Assembly (NCBI GenBank): GCA_009859145.1
Contig: VRVR01000002.1
Coordinates: forward strand, 380,724-444,723
Length of the DNA stretch: 64,000 nucleotides
Source of the DNA: Andalucia godoyi And28
Lineage: Eukaryota; Protista; Jakobida
Direction of reading: 5' to 3'
Shown: positions 1 to 9,542 of the stretch, one piece after another
How the letters are laid out: each line of letters begins with the position of its first letter
Numbering within the stretch: position 1 is the first letter of the stretch
Made by a program: the position numbers and the translations under genes
The notes under the pieces: model-generated
Told to the model about the DNA's origin: nothing
Database searches by the model: none
What the model saw: only the letters and a program-made list of their open reading frames with translations

Positions 1-129
1 TACACGAAGTACGGGAGCGTCCCTTTCACGAAGAATCGTGAGAAGTACATCAAGTTCACAGTGTTGCAGGTGACGACCATGCTTCGTTCGTTGTTTGACG
101 AGCAAAGGGCAGCAGCAGCGAAATCCTAG
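1..129 (+). CDS. 3' end of an unidentified protein-coding gene (partial)
   Basis: Frame 1 is open from the window edge (YTKYGSVPFTKNREKYIKFTVLQVTTMLRSLFDEQRAAAAKS) to TAG at 127-129, followed by low-complexity spacer. Confidence 0.55.
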   Translation, partial: YTKYGSVPFTKNREKYIKFTVLQVTTMLRSLFDEQRAAAAKS

Positions 130-309
130 GCGGAAATTGTGATTTATTCCCCCTCTCTTTTGCATGTAAATATACGAGTACGCGAGTTTTGAACCCAACG
201 GCGTGTGGACACTAGACAATCAAACAAACCCAAGAAAAAGAAGAGAGAGAGAGAGAGAAAAGAAGAAAAAACAACTCCAAAAAGGGAACCCGGAGAGAAA
301 GAAGGCACA

Positions 310-1665
310 TTAGGGGATAACCAATCCGCCATGCAGGTCCATGCCTTGAGGGGCTTGGAATGTAAACCCTGCGCCAGCTAGCGCTGAAAGAACGGAGTTG
401 CACGGCTGGAAGAACAGTGCTTGGAAAACGCAGTATCCATGCGAGTTGAATCGGGAGTGCTGAAATGCCATCACGCCATTCCATCCACCGTTGGTTCCAG
501 ATGGAAACCGGTACATCGTGCATGTTCGAGTTTCGTGAAACATCATGGTGCGAAAGCAATCACCATAGTAAGTATCCATGTCATCTGGATGCAAGAAGCC
601 GAGATGGTTCCCACCTTGGCTAATCATCTCAATGAATGCAGATGGACGATCGTTTGTCGCGTGAAATAACGCAAGTGTCGTCCGATTGGCACGTGCAGTG
701 ACTTTTTCTGGTCCATCGTACCAGCAGTACAAGACTCCAAAAAGTTCTTCTGCGGGAGTCGAAAACGAAACATCCGCAGGAATTGGCGGCACTTCTAGGG
801 CAGAATGAGCATCGCAGTCCCGGATCGCAGACGGAGTGCAAAACTCTTGAATCATGGCGCTGAACATATCGAACGAGTCCTTCAGATGTCGTGCATGTCG
901 AGATTTTGACACCTCCGATCGGATATATCGCAACAAGAAGCAAAGCCGGCCTTGGAAAGCAATCATTGATCTTTGAATCGACGGAAGCGACGTCCATGTT
1001 TCGCGGATAAAGGACCCAAAGTTGTGGTACCGCACTTTTAGCAAGTTCACCATCTCCGGATGGATCGACAGCAGCGATATCGGAAGACGAGGTGAGAATG
1101 CCGGTAGCGTGCATGTATTTGCGATCTCGGACACCGAAGCCGCATCTGAGGAAAACAACGTGTCTCCCCCGATCGCCGAAACACCACCACCACCACCCGC
1201 TACCGACGGCAACAGCGACGGCGCGGTCGGCGGAATTCTGAGTTGATTCGCGTTTCTTTCAGATTCTGTATTTGTGACTCGATTTGACGACGGATGCGGA
1301 TCTGTGTATCGGACGATAATGCTGTCAAAGATGCTTGCATCCGCACTTAACCTTACATCCAGCGGAGTTTCGGTCAGATTCGTATCAAAATCAGATCGCA
1401 AAAACTCGGGTGTCTGCGGAAGCATTCCTTCGACGGGTCCAGGCAGGAACATACCGCCACGCTGATTCTCAGACCGGTCCTCAGTGTCCGTAAATGGATT
1501 CTGCGGCATGTCATAACCGCATGAAAGCCCAAGTCGCTCACATCGAGCACAAGGCCTCGTATTCGAGCATGCACACTTGTTCACACGACATCGATAGCAT
1601 GCACGCGACGCTCGTTTTCTTGGCGGAGGACCTACTTCCGAGTACCCTCTACTCGACACATCCAT
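310..1665 (-). CDS. Zn(II)2Cys6 binuclear-cluster transcription factor with probable C-terminal PAS-like domain
   Basis: N-terminal CYRCRVNKCACSNTRPCARCERLGLSC fits C-x2-C-x6-C-x5-C-x2-C-x6-C, preceded by basic PRKRASRA. The C-terminal ARANRTTLALF...FLHPDD...YRF segment resembles a PAS fold. Confidence 0.85.
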   Translation of the reverse strand: MDVSSRGYSEVGPPPRKRASRACYRCRVNKCACSNTRPCARCERLGLSCGYDMPQNPFTDTEDRSENQRGGMFLPGPVEGMLPQTPEFLRSDFDTNLTETPLDVRLSADASIFDSIIVRYTDPHPSSNRVTNTESERNANQLRIPPTAPSLLPSVAGGGGGVSAIGGDTLFSSDAASVSEIANTCTLPAFSPRLPISLLSIHPEMVNLLKVRYHNFGSFIRETWTSLPSIQRSMIAFQGRLCFLLRYIRSEVSKSRHARHLKDSFDMFSAMIQEFCTPSAIRDCDAHSALEVPPIPADVSFSTPAEELFGVLYCWYDGPEKVTARANRTTLALFHATNDRPSAFIEMISQGGNHLGFLHPDDMDTYYGDCFRTMMFHETRTCTMYRFPSGTNGGWNGVMAFQHSRFNSHGYCVFQALFFQPCNSVLSALAGAGFTFQAPQGMDLHGGLVIP

Positions 1666-2032
1666 TCCTACTCCACCACCAACTCAAAAAAGAAGGGATT
1701 GGGGGAAAAAAACATGTTGATGATGGCGATGACGATGATGCTGAAGATGAAGAAGAAGAAGAAGAAGAAGAACCTCGTCAGACAAGAGCAGCCCGCTCTT
1801 TTCAATATGAAAACGATACGCGTTCGAAGTCCGTCGATCGGCGCATTTATCTGTCTGTCCACTACGAACAAAATCTGCGAAATAAAAAGAGTGAGAAGCG
1901 GTGAGCAGACATGATGATTATGAGATGTGGTTTTGCGTTAGAGGAAGAAGAAAAAATAGGAAGCAGAGCAGACTTCCGAGTCGGGCGAGGGGATTGTTTG
2001 ATTGTTCGTGTGTTTTGCAGATAGAAGAAGAA

Positions 2033-2764
2033 ATGAGCGGGATCCAGGAAGCGTTGAAGACGATTCGAAATTCGATTCCAAAGTCGGTGAGGCTGGTTGC
2101 AGTCAGCAAGACCAAGCCTGCGAGTGCCGTTTTGGCTGCATATGATGCGGGTCAGCGAGTGTTTGGTGAGAATTACGTGCAGGAACTTGTGGATAAAGCT
2201 CCTGTGCTTCCAAAGGATATTCAGTGGCACTTCATTGGGCATTTGCAGTCCAACAAGGCAAAGTCGATTGTGGAGATTCCCAATTTGCAATGCGTCGAGT
2301 CGGTCGACCGAGAAAAGGTTGCCGATGCGTTGCAAAAGGCGTGTGAGAAGGCGAACCGCCCGTTGCTGGATGTGATGATCCAGGTGAATACATCGGGAGA
2401 AGACACAAAGTCGGGATGCGATCCGTCTCACGCAGAGAATCTTGTTCGACATGTCCTGGATACGTGTCCGGCGCTCCGGGTGAAAGGCCTCATGACCATT
2501 GGAAGTCCAAACCCGAGCCCACCAAATCGAGATTTTGAATTACTCAGAACACTTCGAAACCAGTGCCAGGTGACGTTTGCTGGAAGAGTGTGCGACCTTG
2601 AGCTGTCGATGGGGATGAGTCATGACTTTGTGCTTGCGATTGAGAATGGATCGACGAACGTTCGTGTTGGATCGAGCATCTTTGGAAATCGTGTTTACAC
2701 AGAGAGCAGCAACACCAGCAGCAGCGATTCAGATCATTTTAGTTCAAATGTTCCCGCGAATTAA
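2033..2764 (+). CDS. PLPBP: Pyridoxal phosphate homeostasis protein (PLPBP/PROSC/YggS family), 243 aa
   Basis: Motifs LVAVSKTKP, FGENYVQE, WHFIGHLQSNK, QVNTSGEDTKSG, GLMTIG, LSMGMSHDF, VRVGSSIFG. ATG at 2033 is preferred over the ORF-track start. Confidence 0.95.
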   Translation: MSGIQEALKTIRNSIPKSVRLVAVSKTKPASAVLAAYDAGQRVFGENYVQELVDKAPVLPKDIQWHFIGHLQSNKAKSIVEIPNLQCVESVDREKVADALQKACEKANRPLLDVMIQVNTSGEDTKSGCDPSHAENLVRHVLDTCPALRVKGLMTIGSPNPSPPNRDFELLRTLRNQCQVTFAGRVCDLELSMGMSHDFVLAIENGSTNVRVGSSIFGNRVYTESSNTSSSDSDHFSSNVPAN

Positions 2765-3054
2765 ATCACGGATCTAAAGAGGAAGGAAAGAAAAATGCTG
2801 TTTTTGAACTGTTGCTGTCCTGATAGACGAGGATGGAAGAAGAATAGAGGAAATGAAGAAAACATAACATCCGGAAAGAGGCTTGACGTTACAGAACAAG
2901 TAATTTTTAATATTTTTTTTAATAATAAGAAGAAAAAAACAACTAAAAATGACGAATCAGCAAGCGGCGAGAATGAATGAATTTCCAAGAAGAAAAGAAA
3001 AAGAAAAAGGAACATTCAACAACGGGCTTGCAATCGTCCAATCCACAATGCAAA

Positions 3055-5357
3055 CTAAGCCGCTGGGGGAGGAAGTTGCTTCTTTTCCTTCTTCTTCCTG
3101 CTTCCAGACGCAGAACCGGGCTTGGAGCCAGCATCGTTGCCATTGGCTTCCTTGCCATCCTCCGACCAAAATCCAGCATCTGGGTCTTGCGCCGCTGCAG
3201 CGCCGTCGCCGGATGCCGGTGCTGGTTGTGAATTTGCACTTGCATCGGTTGCGGCAGAAGCAGCAGGTTGTGCCTTTGCTTCGCCTGCGTCTTCAAAATC
3301 GTCTTCATAGCCAGCAGATGAAGTGTCTGCCGGTTTGTCTGAGGATGTAGGGGCAGGGGCAGGGGCTGGGGCTGGGGCAGCAGGTTCCTGCTTTGGTTCC
3401 TTGGGAGAAGTCTTTGGAGAAGTCTTTGCAGAAGTGGAAGACGAGGAGGACTTTGTCGTCGTCTTTGGAGAGGTGGAGCCCTCATCCTCCTTCTTTGCTG
3501 GCGCAGCCTTTGGAGGCGGTGCTGATTTCGGAGCAGGCGATCGCTTTGGCTCCTTTTGCTTCTCCGTGGTCGACGAGGAAGTAGAGGAGGAGCCGCCAGC
3601 AGCAGCATTGGAATCTCCTGAAGCAGATTCATTGTTGTTGACAGGAGCCAACTTTTGCGACCGGTTGTTGCGGGCGTTGGTGCCCGTGGATGACGAGCGA
3701 GCCGGCACCGCAGCAGAAGCGATTCGTGCTTCCTTTTCCTTTTCGCGAAGCTGTTCATTCAGTTTCGAAATTTCAGATTCAGATTCTTCCTGCTGCAGCT
3801 TGAGCTGGTGCTGGAGTGAAGCAACTCGTTTTCGGTCCGTCTCCGCAGACTTGCGAGCATTCATGGCAGCTTCTTCTGCCTTCACTCTGCGCTCAGACTC
3901 TTCCGCAAGCTGCTTTCTCAATGCATCTGCATCCTCCTGTGTATCCGGGTTGATGTTCTTATTCTGCAAGAGCGCCATCAGCTTTTGATTCTTATCCTGC
4001 AGCTTTGCATTCTTTTCAGCATCTGCTTTGCGTCCACGATCATCTTCTGCAAGCTTTGCGTGCGCCTTCTTCAGCTTCTCACGCAGCACTTTCAGATCCT
4101 CCTGCGAATCATGCAACTGCTTGACAACATCTCCACCACCAGCATCGTACGATTGCAGTGCCTTGGACTGTTCGCGCTGAATCGCCTTCAAGCTCTTCAC
4201 TTCTGCCGAAAGTTCGCTGTTGGACTTGCGAGCCTCATGCAACATGTTTTCCAAAGCAGTCACTCGTTCCGTTGCTTGTGCACCCAACATCTTCTTCAGA
4301 TCTTCATTTTCCTTGCGAAGCGCATCCACTTGCTTCTGCAGACTCTTGATCTGGCGCGCATTCGCCTCGGCAGACGTGTCCGGTCTGCTTCGTACAGGCT
4401 GCCCAGACTGCGCCAACGCCGCATCGAGCTGTCGATTCAAACTCACAAGTTCCTTTCGAAGCTCCACATTCTGCGCCCGGAGTTTTGCAACATCATCACT
4501 TCCATTCGGCTTTGCATTTCCATTCCCGTTCGACATGGATGACGCAGATCGTTGATCAGAAGCTGCTGGTTGCGGCTGCGGTGCTGGGGAAGCGACGGTA
4601 TCACTCTTTTCAAAATCGTCTTCGTAATCAGCCATTGGAGACGCAGAAAGTGGGTAAGGTGGACGGGGTTGCTGAACTGGACTACTACTACTATGAATAC
4701 TATCACTACGAATGTCAAAGTATTCCGGGTTTGCGATTTGCTGCTGTCGTTGGCGGTGTGGATGCAGATGCTGTTGTGGATGCTTCGAATACGAATGAAA
4801 AGACTGCGAAGACTCGGAGCGTCCGGTTGTGACGGTGGATGGATGGAACGAAACAGAGCGTTGTCGAACAGGAGGCTGAAGATAGACAGCGTATGTATTA
4901 TCGTATGACGTGTGTGAAGAGGAAGAGGAAAAAGAATGGCCTTGACGGTTATGAGGATAAAAAGAAGAAGAAGGAGAAGAAGAAGAAGGAGAAGAAGAAG
5001 AAGAGGAAGAAGAAGAGGACGAGGACAAGGGGAAAGAAGGAAAAGAGGAGGTCGTGGATGACGGATTGGAAAGCTGAGGAGTGGAGTAAGGATCAAAGTA
5101 CTCGGCAGAAGAGCCTTGAGGGCGGTTGGCCCTTGTGGGGTGTTGTTGAGAATGCAACTTGATGGACGGGCTGCCTCTACAGCGCCTTGAAGTCTGCTTG
5201 TCTGATGCAATCCGAGCAAGATATCTCAAGAAAAACAATATCTGCAGTGGTTGACGGTGCCGATCAGAGCAGAAGAAAAAGGCGGGGGGGGAAGCAGCAT
5301 TGGCAAACGTTTTGAACACTCGAAACCTCCACGACGCTCTATACGTACGGCAGGCAT
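3055..5357 (-). CDS. Lebercilin-like ciliary coiled-coil protein; putative join(5357..5349, 5241..3055); minimal model starts at ATG 4635
   Basis: Coiled coil with KSLKAIQREQSKALQSYD...QEDLKVLREKLKK resembles the lebercilin (LCA5) domain; tails are low complexity. The 5' structure is inferred from ATGCCTGCC|GTACGT...CTGAT...CTGCAG|ATA. Confidence 0.65.
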
Positions 5358-5687
5358 TTGCGACACGGGGGGGCTGCTGTGCGCGGCCCGTCCTCCCGTA
5401 ACGACGATCTTGGACGAGCTCTTTCAGGCTTTTGCTGCTCCAGAATGGTCGAAAACCGCCAAGACGCCGTGCCCGCTGAAACAATAAACGACACAAGTGG
5501 CCACTGAAATAAAAATATATAGTTTAAATTAATTAACTTAAAAAAGCAGTTCAACTTTCTGTCTTCGAATCGATAGCGTTGCTTGAACCGCTGAGTCTTG
5601 AAACGGTGGGGTAGTCGATTTATTGACTGGGTTTGGTGTGGTGTAGGATATTCTTCGTGCGATTCAACTCTTGGCAAGTGCTGAACC

Positions 5688-6527
5688 ATGTTTGCAAGCA
5701 TTCGCCGCAGTATATGCTCAAAACACCATAGCCCAAAGATCGAATTGAAGCGCTCGCTTCAGAGATGTTTTTCCGCTTTGGCAAAGCCCCCCTCGGGAGA
5801 GCCGCAACGGCAGCCGTCGGCTCGTCCGAACTCGGCTCAAATCTTCCGGAAACTCCTTCCTTACACTTCGAAGTACGATGGCGAACGATACTTTGTACCG
5901 CAAACATGGACAGATAAAGTCGTGAAAGGGATGGTGAAGCTGTTTCGGTTTCCAATGGACACGATTTTCCGCGAGGATTACATGAGGAGAGTGATTTATC
6001 TGGAAACCGTCGCGGCTGTCCCGGGGCTCGTTGCAGGCTCGTGGCTGCACTTTCATTGCTTGCGAAGGCTGCATGATGATGCTGGGTGGATCATCAGGCT
6101 GCTGGATGAAAGTGAGAACGAGAGAATGCATCTCACTGCATTCTTGCATTATGAGCAGCCGGGTTTGTTGCAGCGATTCATGATTCTTGCCACCCAGATC
6201 GTCTATACTTCCGTGTACTTTGTAGCCTATGCAGTCAGTCCAAAAGCATGTCATCGGTTTGTGGGAATGCTCGAGGAGGAAGCGGTGTTCAGCTACAATG
6301 AGTTCCTGAAGCTCGTGGACAGTGGAAAGATTCCAAATGGACCGGCACCCAAAGTTGCCAAAGACTACTGGGAGCTGTCGACTGATGCCACTCTGCGGGA
6401 TCTCATTGTCGCAATCCGAGACGACGAGTGCGAACACCGAGACATAAACCACGCCTACGCCAGCGAAATCCAGGACGGCACTTCGCCGTATGATTTCGAA
6501 CCCATCTCTCCAACATCGCGCTCCTAA
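5688..6527 (+). CDS. AOX: Mitochondrial alternative oxidase, 279 aa
   Basis: Di-iron motifs LETVAAVPG, ESENERMHL, LEEEAV, IRDDECEHRDINH; Arg/Ser-rich N-terminal targeting-like sequence. Confidence 0.96.
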   Translation: MFASIRRSICSKHHSPKIELKRSLQRCFSALAKPPSGEPQRQPSARPNSAQIFRKLLPYTSKYDGERYFVPQTWTDKVVKGMVKLFRFPMDTIFREDYMRRVIYLETVAAVPGLVAGSWLHFHCLRRLHDDAGWIIRLLDESENERMHLTAFLHYEQPGLLQRFMILATQIVYTSVYFVAYAVSPKACHRFVGMLEEEAVFSYNEFLKLVDSGKIPNGPAPKVAKDYWELSTDATLRDLIVAIRDDECEHRDINHAYASEIQDGTSPYDFEPISPTSRS

Positions 6528-6694
6528 ACAAGTCGTGCCTCGCATCGAGAGGGTACCAGTTGGTAAGATAAACCGTTCGTTCTTGACTATTCCATGGCCC
6601 CCGTGTTCCATGCTCTGAGACGCAAAGAAGCGCATCGAAGAACGCACGCCGACGAACGGCCGTAACGCACCTTGCCTCCTTTTTTCATCACCTG

Positions 6695-7229
6695 CGCCTA
6701 CATCACACACTGAGCATGCATATCTACGAGTAGACATGCATATTCAATCTTGCATCTCGTTGCCGGGAAGGGGAAAGGCCCCAACACGCCTCACGGTGTT
6801 CTTCAGATAAATGTTCCGCGCTCCGTTCCCAATCTCGATCCATCGGTGAGCCACTTTCTCAGCGTGACACGTTGCTCCTGAGAAGGGTGCATTTTTTGAT
6901 TCTGACGGCCCTTGCAGCAGGCGTAGTGACACGTTGTCTCTTAGTAGGTCTGCGGGACCTAGGAGGCCCTGTATCGAGCGGCGTAGGCGTAGGCGAATGC
7001 GTCATCCCAGCGCACTCACGCCCATATTTGAATAAAATGAGTGAAACCAACGAATGATAGAATAGATGGCTATGGATGCTGCGTTAAAGAGTGTCGAAAA
7101 TGCAGAGCCTGTGCCACCGGCTGAATTTTGGCCGAGCATGCATAAGCACGAATTCCCTGTGAAGCAAACGTGCCAGTGTCGGCCAGTGTCGACCGTGTCT
7201 GTTCATGTATTCTTGTGTTATCATTCAAC
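6695..7229 (-). mobile_element. Non-autonomous TnpB/Fanzor2-like element, copy 1 (left end + N-terminal remnant + RuvC-III remnant + structured right end)
   Basis: Homologous to 47252-47744 from GTTGAATGATAACAC to TGTAGGCG. Encodes MTHSPTP...RSRRPTKRQR...RAVRIK/MHPSQEQRVTLRKWL (frameshifted, HTH_OrfB_IS605-like) fused to DRDW/NGARNIYLKN. Confidence 0.88.
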
Positions 7230-7357
7230 AGAATAAGGTTTCTGTGCTGATACAGTAAATTTTCTTTTGGTTCCGTATCCCCCCAGACAACAACCTCACG
7301 TTTTAAACAGAAGCTAGTTACGGGGGGAAAAAAAAGAACAGTAGGTGGAGGAAAGAA

Positions 7358-8542
7358 ATGGCAGCTCGTCGCTTGTATCTCGAGACGGATCCTGACCGTC
7401 GCGTGGATGCTCTGCGAACGCATGGATCGCAGTGCATTGTGAGCAACAACGCAGCCGATCTCGATGAGTATATTTCGTTTATCCTTTCGGATGCATGCCA
7501 AGTGCATCCTGCTGCGGTTCGCGGTCTTTTAGATTCGGTGATATCGACATTGTCGTCGATTTCAGTGGAGCATTCGATCTCGCTTTCCGAACATTTTGCT
7601 TCTCTTCTACAGCCTCGGATGGCAATGGCTCCGGAGCAGTACATTGCGCTTCGACAGCTTCTTGCAGCACGGTATGAATCCCAAGGGATGTATACGCAGG
7701 CAGCCCGCTCGCTGTCGCAGATTCCAATGGACCAGCAAGTCAGTGTGGCAATGTCAAACTCGGAAAAAGCGCACTTGCTACTCCGAATCACAATGCTGTT
7801 TCTTGAAGACGAGGAACATGCTTCGGCAGAAATGGCACTGACTCGAGCGTCGTCTCTTGTTTCGCAGGTCGACGATGCTGCATTGCATGCAAAGCAAAAG
7901 GCGTGCTTCTCGAGAATCCAAGATGCAAAACGAAAGTTTCTGGAAGCGGCATTGCAGTATTATCAGCTTTCGACAATGGCCGTGCTTTCGGTAACCGATC
8001 GGATGGTTGCACTCGACTCGGCGATTGTATGTTCCATTCTTGCCAAGGCTGGTCCGCAAAGAACGAAGCTTTTGCAGACGATCATGAAGGACAGCAGATC
8101 TCGCCAGGCTTCGTTGTTCCATTTGTTTGAGCGCGTTGTATCGGTCAAAACGCTTCGCAAGGAGCATCTCAGCGATTTAGACCACTTTTTGAAAGACCAC
8201 CAACGATCGCAGGTCGAGCATGCTGTTTTAGAACACAACATTGATGCGGTTGCGCGGTGCTACAACAACATTCGGATGGATGCGTTGGCCAAGCTCCTTG
8301 GAATGGACCGTGACCGCACCGAACGAACCGTCCTTAAAATGGTTGCAGAAGATCGTCTCAACGCAGTCCTCGATCAAAAGGACAACGTCATCGTGTTTCA
8401 GTCCGTCCAAGGCTCAGGATGGACCGGTTTTCACGATCGAATAGCCCATGTGTGTGCGCTTGCGCAGGATATTTCCGTTGCCATTCCACATTCATCATCA
8501 TCACCATCACCATCATCACCATCATCCTCGTCGTCATCTTGA
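7358..8542 (+). CDS. COPS4: COP9 signalosome subunit 4 (PCI domain), 394 aa
   Basis: RIQDAKRKFLEAALQYYQLS, ILAKAGPQRTKLL, AVLEHNIDAVARCYNNIRMDALAKLLG, LNAVLDQKDNVIVF match CSN4. Confidence 0.92.
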   Translation: MAARRLYLETDPDRRVDALRTHGSQCIVSNNAADLDEYISFILSDACQVHPAAVRGLLDSVISTLSSISVEHSISLSEHFASLLQPRMAMAPEQYIALRQLLAARYESQGMYTQAARSLSQIPMDQQVSVAMSNSEKAHLLLRITMLFLEDEEHASAEMALTRASSLVSQVDDAALHAKQKACFSRIQDAKRKFLEAALQYYQLSTMAVLSVTDRMVALDSAIVCSILAKAGPQRTKLLQTIMKDSRSRQASLFHLFERVVSVKTLRKEHLSDLDHFLKDHQRSQVEHAVLEHNIDAVARCYNNIRMDALAKLLGMDRDRTERTVLKMVAEDRLNAVLDQKDNVIVFQSVQGSGWTGFHDRIAHVCALAQDISVAIPHSSSSPSPSSPSSSSSS

Positions 8543-8625
8543 TGCCCGGGAGAACGAAAGCATCCCTGTCTTTTTCCTTCTTCCGTGTCTTTTACTATGT
8601 ACATCAGAGTCATGAAGAAAGACAA

Positions 8626-9183
8626 TTATGCAATTTCGTCAAAGTCGTCTCGCTGTCCTGCGTATTCCTTGACGGCACGCTGGATCTTGGAGCCATCCGC
8701 CCAAGTAACCAAGTCTTCGTTTGGCCGAGTGACAATAAACCCCGGATCCGTGACGATTTCCGTGCCGACTCGAACATGTCCTTGCTGCACAAACGTCACT
8801 GCTTCTCGCAGTGTTTCGCAGAACTTGTTCTTCACCATGACGACAGGAAGCCGACGTCTGCAAAACGCTGAAACAGTGATTTTCTCAGATGCGATCGATG
8901 CAAGCTGGCCCGTTGCCTCACTCACAATTCCCATATGAAACAGTTTATCCGCAAGCAAGCTCGTTACCCGCGCTCGAACTGGATCCGAAGATTCCAACTT
9001 CTGCAAAAGACTGACAAGATGCGAAATGTCCCCACACAATCGATTGTACCGTTCATAATCCTCACGATCAGTCACCCGGTATCGCTGAAGCACCGAATGT
9101 TCGCGGATATTATGCTCGCCTCGCCAATGCTCAAAGCTCGTCTTTCGCAGCAGTCGTTCCTCGTGAAACTTTAACTTCCTCAT
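8626..9183 (-). CDS. IMP3: U3 snoRNP protein IMP3 (S4 domain), 185 aa
   Basis: MRKLKFHEERLLRK, TVSAFCRRRLPVVM, AVTFVQQGHVRVG, EDLVTWADGSKI. Confidence 0.96.
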   Translation of the reverse strand: MRKLKFHEERLLRKTSFEHWRGEHNIREHSVLQRYRVTDREDYERYNRLCGDISHLVSLLQKLESSDPVRARVTSLLADKLFHMGIVSEATGQLASIASEKITVSAFCRRRLPVVMVKNKFCETLREAVTFVQQGHVRVGTEIVTDPGFIVTRPNEDLVTWADGSKIQRAVKEYAGQRDDFDEIA

Positions 9184-9542
9184 TTTCTATCGCCTTGCGT
9201 CAGGTTCAAGCACTCCAGGACAATGCTGAAAAATGCTGAAACATGAAGTAAATATACATATGTTTTACATATATGAAGATGAAAACATAAGAAAAGTTTC
9301 GCGTTTGTCGGTCTATTTGAAAACGCAGTCGAAATGTGTAGACCAGTTTGGATGTCCCAACGCCTTCCTTTTGCATTCTTCGTTTGCTTTCCTCTCGACG
9401 AAACCCGTCTTTTATGGATTATTTTTGTTTTGGAGCAGTTCTTATCTTTTTTACTCACCCACGTACCCACCCACCCTACACACACAGTCCTTTCTCGCTG
9501 GACTGATTGGACTTGGACTTGGACTTGGACTTGGATTCCGGA

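Noticed and set aside
3323-3988. Long antisense ORFs (also 5718-6737, 25040-26026, 32634-33647, 48158-48736, 59611-60267 and others)
   Set aside because: They lie opposite well-supported genes and have no recognisable motifs; typical shadow frames.
5340-5687. Canonical AOX induction motif CGG-N7-CGG
   Set aside because: Only N8, N3 and N15 spacings were found by eye.
6695-7229. TIR/TSD (MITE of a DDE transposon) interpretation
   Set aside because: The left end (TTGAATGATAAC) and right end (ATGTAGGCG) are not inverted repeats, and a CGT duplication seen at copy 3 is absent at copy 1.
9505-9535. (TTGGAC)n, (GA)n, (CAA)n, (AAT)n and poly-A/G tracts throughout the spacers, plus a 19-bp tandem at ~47984-48021
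   Set aside because: Ordinary simple repeats in UTR/intergenic DNA with no evidence of specific function.
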